Part shown: one piece after another, positions 58,213 through 64,000 of the stretch
Layout: every line of letters starts with the position of its first letter
How positions within the stretch are numbered: position 1 is the first letter of the stretch
Assembly: GCA_043812795.1 (NCBI GenBank)
Contig: JBDRLU010000038.1
Coordinates: 2,129-66,128, forward strand
Length of the DNA: 64,000 bases
Reading direction: 5' to 3'
DNA from: Chloroflexota bacterium
Lineage (GTDB): Bacteria; Chloroflexota; Dehalococcoidia; Dehalococcoidales; UBA2162
Notes under the pieces: model-generated
The model's input: only the letters and a program-made list of their open reading frames with translations
What the model was told of the DNA's origin: nothing
The model's database searches: none
Translations under genes and position numbers: made by a program

Positions 58213-58333
58213 TACTAGGGGAGCTGGAAGGCTGAGAGTCCCACCGGGACGACCCTCGGAACCTGATCTCGATAATACGAGCGAAGGGAAGTAAAGCAGA
58301 CCAGAAGTTTAACTTATCCAGCTTCTGGTTTTT
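58213..58333 (+). ncRNA. TPP riboswitch with terminator
   Basis: AGGGGAGC...GCTGAGAG...GACCC...AACCTGATC...GATAATAC...GCGAAGGGAAG core; terminator CCAGAAG...CTTCTGG-TTTTT. Confidence 0.95.
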
Positions 58334-58388
58334 CTTTGTCTTCAATCTTTCCGGTAGATAATTCGAAAAAGGGAATCAGGAGGATGCT

Positions 58389-59411
58389 ATGCTACCGGAA
58401 ATTGGGAAAGTCGACCGAGCGAGTTTCGACAGGATAATCTTTCCGCATCTTGGCAAGAAGGATACCAGTGTCCTTATCGGGCCACAACATGGTGTCGATG
58501 CGGCGGCTATCGAGCTTCCCGATGGAAATGTCATGGTGGTCAAAGAAGACCCTACCTTCGGCTTGCCCGTTTTGATGCCGCACTTCGGCTGGGCTATTGT
58601 CCATATCTGCGCCAGTGACGTCGCCTGCCTGGGTGTGAAACCGAGATACCTGACTATCTCCCTGCTGCTACCTCCCGGCACGGCCGATGATGTCCTCGAA
58701 GGGGTCTGGAAAGAGGTCCACCAGGAGTGCGAGAAACTCGATATTGCTATCGTCGGCGGGCACACGGGAATATACCCCGGAATAGCCTATCCCTTGAACG
58801 GCGGATGCACGGTAATCGGACTGGGCACTAAGTCGCAACTCACGCCGGCGTGTAATGCCAAGATTGGAGACCATGTCATCATGACGAAAGGCCCGGCTAT
58901 CGAAGCTGCCGGCATACTGGCCTTTCAAGCGGAGCAGGCTTTGCTTAAACAGGTCGGACGTGACACCGTGGAAAAGGGCAAAGCCTATTTCATGGAAATG
59001 ACCGTAGTCAAGGATGCACTGATTGCGGGGCCGAATGCACACGCCATGCATGATGCCACCGAGGGTGGACTACTCAATGGAGTCTATGAAATAGCCGCCG
59101 CTTCTCACGCCGGTGTTACCTTGTATGAGGAACGAATAATTGTACCCCCGGAGATAAAAGCCATCTGTGATTTCTTTAATATCGACCCACTCATTTCCAT
59201 CAGCGAGGGCACGCTACTCATCACGGCTTCTCCGGAAAAGTCGCCAGTTATTCTGGCTGACCTGAAGAATAATGGCATTTCAGGATGGGTTATTGGAGAG
59301 ATAACCGCGGACGAAAAGGTATTTGTCCGTAGTAATGGCAAGCGTGAAGAATTGAAGCCGGTGGCCGTAGACCCTTTCTGGGCTGCCTATTTCAGCACAT
59401 TGGAGCAATAG
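58389..59411 (+). CDS. AIR-synthase (PurM/ThiL/HypE/SelD superfamily) protein, TPP-regulated
   Basis: GPQHGVDAAA, EDPT, HICASDVA, GGHT, MHDATEGGL; AGGAGG SD. Confidence 0.88.
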   Translation: MLPEIGKVDRASFDRIIFPHLGKKDTSVLIGPQHGVDAAAIELPDGNVMVVKEDPTFGLPVLMPHFGWAIVHICASDVACLGVKPRYLTISLLLPPGTADDVLEGVWKEVHQECEKLDIAIVGGHTGIYPGIAYPLNGGCTVIGLGTKSQLTPACNAKIGDHVIMTKGPAIEAAGILAFQAEQALLKQVGRDTVEKGKAYFMEMTVVKDALIAGPNAHAMHDATEGGLLNGVYEIAAASHAGVTLYEERIIVPPEIKAICDFFNIDPLISISEGTLLITASPEKSPVILADLKNNGISGWVIGEITADEKVFVRSNGKREELKPVAVDPFWAAYFSTLEQ

Positions 59412-59412
59412 A

Positions 59413-60012
59413 ATGAATAGTCAAAAAGATAAGGAAAAGGTGTTAGGCAACATAGTTACAGCAATACATATGTTGGAAAATTGCGCTGAGTTTGCTCAAC
59501 TTATTCCTGAAGTAAGAGTTAATCTGGTCTATGCTTTGCCTGAAGCGAAGACCCGGCAGGATGTGGCTGCCGTGGACGGTAGAATAACTGCTGTCCGAGG
59601 TTTGCCCTATGCTTCCGGTCTGCCAACCTTCGGCGGGTCGGACCACATGGCGCGGCTCATCATCGAAGCTCGAAAATACGACCGGGGTGTAAACGCCGGT
59701 ATCAACTTCAGGAGTGACAAAGCAGTCATTAAGGTTGTCAAGAAATATTGCGCAGAGAAGAAACTGCTCTTCGGTTGGATTGACCGGACTAAGGAACCGG
59801 CAGCAGTCATCGAGCGCGACGGCACCTCGATGCCCTGGAAAATCGGGGAACTGGTGGCAAGCTCAGGCGGTTTACCCCGGTTGTTTTATGAAGGCGATGG
59901 GTGGGGCAAAGAGCCGCTCTTCGTAGCGCTCGGCGCGAATGCCGTCGAGGTGACGAATATCGCCATCGATATATCAAAACGTTACGGAAAGGCGACAAAA
60001 ACTCGCCGATGA
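59413..60012 (+). CDS. thiN: Thiamine-phosphate synthase, archaeal/ThiN type
   Basis: IPEVRVNL, VAAVDGRI, FGGSDHMAR, INFR, DRTKEP, SMPW, GWGKEP; lies under the TPP riboswitch. Confidence 0.85.
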   Translation: MNSQKDKEKVLGNIVTAIHMLENCAEFAQLIPEVRVNLVYALPEAKTRQDVAAVDGRITAVRGLPYASGLPTFGGSDHMARLIIEARKYDRGVNAGINFRSDKAVIKVVKKYCAEKKLLFGWIDRTKEPAAVIERDGTSMPWKIGELVASSGGLPRLFYEGDGWGKEPLFVALGANAVEVTNIAIDISKRYGKATKTRR

Positions 60013-60138
60013 GCCTCCAAGCTGTGTTCCCTGGGCTAAAGGCAACACAGATTTTGCAGCAGGCCAGGGATTTCAATATTCAAGCTCAACTTGCATTTTG
60101 GAGTAAAGTTTCATATTATAGGCGAAATGAATAGCTAG

Positions 60139-60342
60139 CCCCGGAGAATCTGTAAATTCAGACGCTGCCGGAAAGCAAGTTGGTGTAACTCCAACGCAGT
60201 CCCGCCTGCTGTAATCCCGATGAGTCGGGAAAGCCAGAACGCCGGTGCTCCGGGTATCCTAGAACCTCCGCGGAGGAAGGGGGTGGGAGCATGTTAAATC
60301 GACATGAATATCTCCCCTTGTCGCAGCGGACAAGGGTTTTTT
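60139..60342 (+). ncRNA. Cobalamin riboswitch (variant) with terminator
   Basis: GTTGGTGTAACTCCAAC T-loop arm, GCAGTCCCGCC-TGCTGTAA, AAGCCAGAAC B12-box-like motif, closing CCCGGAG/CTCCGGG; terminator CCCTTGTC..GACAAGGG-TTTTTT; promoter TTGCAT-17-TATTAT at 60091-60119. Confidence 0.85.
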
Positions 60343-60374
60343 GTTTTTAGGGGAAAATTTGAATAAGGCTAAGC

Positions 60375-61307
60375 ATGGATAATCTGCTAATATTGCTCGG
60401 TGCTCTCGCTATCGATTTGGCTTTGGGCGAGCCACCCAATCCCATTCACCCGGTGGTGTGGATAGGCAAAGTGGCCGCTTTCCTGGAGAAGCACGCCATC
60501 GGCCATTCGCCGCAGGCACAATTCCTTTACGGGACCGGATTGACCCTGTTCATCATGGGACTATTTGCTGTTCCGGCCTACTTTTTGCTCTTCTATGTGA
60601 AAAGTTTGAACTTTATCGTCTACCTAATCGTGGGAGCCGTGCTGCTCAAATGCACCTTTTCCGTAAAGGCGCTGAGACAGGCTGCCCTGAAGGTCAAAAC
60701 GCTCTTGTCCGCCGGAGAAGTGACCAAAGCACGTTTTGAGCTGCGGGCGCTGGTCAAGCGCGACACCCAAGACCTGCCGCCACCATCGCTCGTCTCGGCT
60801 ACGGTGGAATCAGTGGCGGAAAACACCTGCGACAGCCTGGTGGCCCCCCTGTTTTACTTCCTAATCTTCGGTGTTCCCGGCGCTGTCGGCTACCGGGTAG
60901 TCAATACACTGGATGCGATGATTGGCTATCACGGTAAGTATGAGCACCTGGGCAAGTTTACCGCCCGGCTCGACGATGTGCTCAATTTCATTCCGGCACG
61001 GCTCACGGCGCTGGTCTTGGTACTGGCCAGTTTCCTGACGAGAAAAAACGCGCGGGCTGCCTGGCAAACAGCCCTCACCGAGCACGATAAAACAGAAAGC
61101 CCCAACGCCGGCTGGCCGATGGCCGCCGCTGCCGGCGCCCTTAACGTCCAACTGGAAAAAGCCGGACACTACAAGCTAGGTAAAGAGACGGTTGCCCTTG
61201 AACCAGGCACAATCGACGCTGCCTTAAAGCTGATGCTGGCCGCCACTTTCGCCTGGGTATTTTTATGTCTTATCGTGGGAGGAATTCGCCTTGCCCTTAC
61301 AACCTAG
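60375..61307 (+). CDS. cbiB: Adenosylcobinamide-phosphate synthase
   Basis: GEPP..HPVVWIG, LVKRDT, ESVAEN..DS.VAPLFY, YRVVNTLDAMIGY, ARLDDVLNFIPARL, SPNAGWP. Confidence 0.95.
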   Translation: MDNLLILLGALAIDLALGEPPNPIHPVVWIGKVAAFLEKHAIGHSPQAQFLYGTGLTLFIMGLFAVPAYFLLFYVKSLNFIVYLIVGAVLLKCTFSVKALRQAALKVKTLLSAGEVTKARFELRALVKRDTQDLPPPSLVSATVESVAENTCDSLVAPLFYFLIFGVPGAVGYRVVNTLDAMIGYHGKYEHLGKFTARLDDVLNFIPARLTALVLVLASFLTRKNARAAWQTALTEHDKTESPNAGWPMAAAAGALNVQLEKAGHYKLGKETVALEPGTIDAALKLMLAATFAWVFLCLIVGGIRLALTT

Positions 61308-62376
61308 ACGTGAAATTAGAAAAATAGCAACATGCCCTCATGGTGGACCGAACGCCGATGAATTAAGAACGCTCAGCCTTACCCCGGAGCAGGTCCTCGA
61401 CTTCAGCGTATGCTGTAATCCATTCCCACCGCCACCGGGCATGAGAGAAGCCCTGCCGGATATTGACATTAGCCGTTATCCCGATTCGGAAGCCACCGAA
61501 CTCAAAGAAGCATTGTCAAAGAAGCTAGGCGTACCTCCGGCTAACGTTCTGGTTGGAAACGGCACCACCGAGCTTATCCGTCTCATTGCCCTGGCCTATT
61601 TTGAACCGGGCGATAAAGTACTGATTTTAAAACCCACCTATGGGGAATACGAGCCGGCCGCCCGGTTGATGGGCGCTGATGTCGTCGAGCAGTGGGGTAA
61701 AGAAGCTGACGGCTTCCAGCTTAAAACGGCAGAGACCGCCAGCCTTATTCAGCACTACCAGCCTAAAGCAGTATTCATTTGCAATCCCAATAATCCCACC
61801 GGCCAATATTTCTCGCGCCGGGAAATAGAAACCGTCCTAGCAGGCAGCAAAGATAGTCTCATTGTCCTGGATGAAGCTTATATCGCCTTTGTCGAACGGG
61901 CATGGTCTTCACTGGGCCTTATTGAACGAGAGAATGTAATCATCCTGCGCTCCATGACCAAAGATTACGCTCTCGCCGGACTGCGTCTCGGTTATGCCGT
62001 CGCCCACCAAAAAATTCTCGATAATTTGCGGCGGGTACGTCCGCCGTGGAACGTCAACGCTATCGCCCAAAAGGCCGGCGTTATCGCTCTCAGCCAGTCC
62101 AATTATCTTAAAGACTGCCAGCAACGGGTAAGAGAGGCCAAAAAGTTTCTGGTTGATGAATTCACACGGCTTGGTTTTACCCTCGTCCCGTCCCGGGCCA
62201 ATTTCTTCCTGATGAAGGTAGGCCATGCCACCAGATTCCGCACGACTTTGCTCCGGCAGGGCATCATGGTACGCGATTGTACTTCCTTCGGCTTGCCGGA
62301 ATACGTCCGCATCGGACCACGTACCTTGCCCGAATGCCGGCAACTGGTCAGTGCTATCCGCTCACTGAGACGTTAA
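61291..62376 (+). CDS. cobD: Threonine-phosphate decarboxylase / class I-II PLP enzyme
   Basis: HGG, LDFSVCCNP, RYPD, GNGTTELI, CNPNNPTG, LDEAY, RSMTKDYALAGLRLGY; cob operon context. Confidence 0.85.
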   Translation: MPLQPRREIRKIATCPHGGPNADELRTLSLTPEQVLDFSVCCNPFPPPPGMREALPDIDISRYPDSEATELKEALSKKLGVPPANVLVGNGTTELIRLIALAYFEPGDKVLILKPTYGEYEPAARLMGADVVEQWGKEADGFQLKTAETASLIQHYQPKAVFICNPNNPTGQYFSRREIETVLAGSKDSLIVLDEAYIAFVERAWSSLGLIERENVIILRSMTKDYALAGLRLGYAVAHQKILDNLRRVRPPWNVNAIAQKAGVIALSQSNYLKDCQQRVREAKKFLVDEFTRLGFTLVPSRANFFLMKVGHATRFRTTLLRQGIMVRDCTSFGLPEYVRIGPRTLPECRQLVSAIRSLRR

Positions 62377-62416
62377 AAACAATACTCCTAAATTAAAGGG
62401 TGTGAAAGGAAAACAA

Positions 62417-63475
62417 ATGTCAGGACTTCTCTCCAGGACAATCAGTCAGATACGGCCTCTGGACAAGGCAACCATGGCCCAGGCACAAGCCCGGCAGGAC
62501 CAGCTGACCAAACCGCAGGGTAGCCTCGGCCGACTTGAGGAATTGTCGGTCCAACTGGCCGGTATCCAGGGAAAATCGATTCCACAAATCAAGCAGAAAG
62601 CGATTATCACCATGGCCGGTGACCACGGGGTGGTGGCGGAAAAGGTGGGCAACTGGCCGCAGGAAGTCACCGCTCAAATGGTCTATAATTTTCTTAATGG
62701 CGGGGCTGGTATCAACGTTATCGCCCGACAGGTCGGGGCACGGGTTATCGTGGTTGATATGGGCGTCGCCAGCGAATTGAAACCGGATAATCGGCTCCTA
62801 TCAAGAAAGGTTGCTCGCGGCACCAAAAATATGTGTTCCGGCCCGGCGATGAGTAAGGATGAAGCGACCAAAGCCGTCGAAACCGGCATTGAACTAGTTG
62901 AAGCTGAAATAACCAAGGGGCTGGATATCGTGGGGACGGGTGATATGGGCATCGGGAACACCACCCCCAGCGCCGCCATTTGCGCCGTGATGACGGGCAA
63001 ACCGGTCGCCGAGGTGACCGGGCGGGGCACCGGTATTAGCGACGAGCAGTTAGCCCACAAGGTAGAAGTAATCGAACGAGCTTTAGCCATGAACCATCCT
63101 GACCCCAAAGAGCCACTAGATGTGCTAGCCAAGGTCGGCGGTTTTGAGATTGGCGGACTGGCTGGCGTCATGCTGGGAGCCGCCGCACATCATATCCCGG
63201 TGGTTATCGACGGTTTTATCTCCGGAGCCGCCGCCCTTATTGCCATCGGCTTAGCACCGCAAATAAAGGACTATCTTATCCCGGCGCATGTCTCGGCGGA
63301 GGCCGGTCACCGCCTGATGCTGAAGCACCTGGGTATTAAGCCCCTGCTCGACCTGGATATGCGGTTAGGCGAAGGCACCGGGGCTGCCCTCGGCATTTTC
63401 CTGAGCGAGACCGCTGCCCGGATTCTGGGTGAGATGGCTACTTTCGGTGAGGCCGGAGTATCCGAAAAGGAGTAA
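62417..63475 (+). CDS. cobT: Nicotinate-nucleotide-dimethylbenzimidazole phosphoribosyltransferase
   Basis: LTKPQGSLGRLE, AGDHGV, GDMGIGNTT, VTGRGTG, GGFEIGGL, LDMRLGEGTGA. Confidence 0.97.
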   Translation: MSGLLSRTISQIRPLDKATMAQAQARQDQLTKPQGSLGRLEELSVQLAGIQGKSIPQIKQKAIITMAGDHGVVAEKVGNWPQEVTAQMVYNFLNGGAGINVIARQVGARVIVVDMGVASELKPDNRLLSRKVARGTKNMCSGPAMSKDEATKAVETGIELVEAEITKGLDIVGTGDMGIGNTTPSAAICAVMTGKPVAEVTGRGTGISDEQLAHKVEVIERALAMNHPDPKEPLDVLAKVGGFEIGGLAGVMLGAAAHHIPVVIDGFISGAAALIAIGLAPQIKDYLIPAHVSAEAGHRLMLKHLGIKPLLDLDMRLGEGTGAALGIFLSETAARILGEMATFGEAGVSEKE

Positions 63476-63482
63476 CGGACAA

Positions 63483-64000
63483 CTGAAATTCTTAGTCGCT
63501 CTCAAATTCCTGACTGTTTTGCCGCTACCTGAACGGCGGGAGGCCAGCCTGAAGGAAATAGGCGGTTCAACCGTTTATTTCCCCGTGGTCGGTATCATTA
63601 TCGGCCTTATCCTGGCCGGCCTGAACTGGCTCTTACGCTTATTCTTACCGGTGCCGCTGGTGACGGCGCTGCTACTCGTGGCTATCGTCTTAATCAACGG
63701 TGCCCTGCACCTCGATGGCTTTATCGATACCTGCGATGGTATTGCCGGGCACAAGACCGTCGAAGAGCGATTGAAAATATTACGGGACAGCCATGTCGGC
63801 TCTTTCGGCATCGTGGGCGCAATCCTACTACTGCTGGTCAAGTACGCTGCTCTCAGCGCGGTCCCCGGGCCGCTATTGTGGGTAGCACTAATACTGATGC
63901 CCGTTATCAGCCGCTGGACGATGGTCTATGCTATTTTCGCCTATCCCTACGCACGGCGGACCGGCCTGGGGACAATTTACAAACAGGAGACAAAATGGCC
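63483..64000 (+). CDS. cobS: Adenosylcobinamide-GDP ribazoletransferase (5' part; runs off window edge)
   Basis: Manual translation from CTG 63483: KFLVALKFLTVLP...YFPVVG...GALHLDGFIDTCDG...ERLKILRDSHVGSFG. Confidence 0.92.
   Translation, partial: MKFLVALKFLTVLPLPERREASLKEIGGSTVYFPVVGIIIGLILAGLNWLLRLFLPVPLVTALLLVAIVLINGALHLDGFIDTCDGIAGHKTVEERLKILRDSHVGSFGIVGAILLLLVKYAALSAVPGPLLWVALILMPVISRWTMVYAIFAYPYARRTGLGTIYKQETKW

Noticed and set aside
1-64000. Selenocysteine/pyrrolysine readthrough in redox genes
   Set aside because: TrxA, TrxB, ETF-QO and the activase trio are full-length with Cys motifs; I saw no in-frame TGA/TAG interrupting a recognisable domain

Overview
A 64-kb chromosomal window with no CRISPR array, rRNA gene, integrase or transposase that I can see. 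Gene content and sequence style suggest an anaerobic Chloroflexota (Dehalococcoidia-like) bacterium; this is an inference. Core content: proA (partial) and proB, a T-box-controlled trpE-G-D-C-B-A operon lacking trpF, nusA-ylxR-infB-rbfA-truB, mfd, ychF, tRNA-Ala(TGC), glgP, a TPP-riboswitch operon and a cobalamin-riboswitch operon (cbiB-cobD-cobT-cobS). Highlights: (1) a three-gene split homologue of the anaerobic plasmalogen/ether-lipid reductase (PlsA/PlsR, Ger) translationally coupled to plsX; (2) a TPP-regulated AIR-synthase-fold gene paired with archaeal-type ThiN, a candidate new thiamine-salvage kinase; (3) a fused EtfBA plus ETF-QO pair; (4) an RNA-handling operon (Zn-ribbon, bS21, 2x RRM, DEAD helicase) with a structured leader; (5) two AT-richer orphan nuclease-like genes (GIY-YIG and HEPN-like) bracketing the trp operon; (6) two families of short palindromic intergenic repeats; (7) small genes missed by the ORF track (a frameshifted SH3/Tudor-like mini-gene and a 50-aa membrane peptide); (8) several enzymes with non-canonical catalytic motifs. 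All protein calls come from motif recognition by eye; no database search was run.
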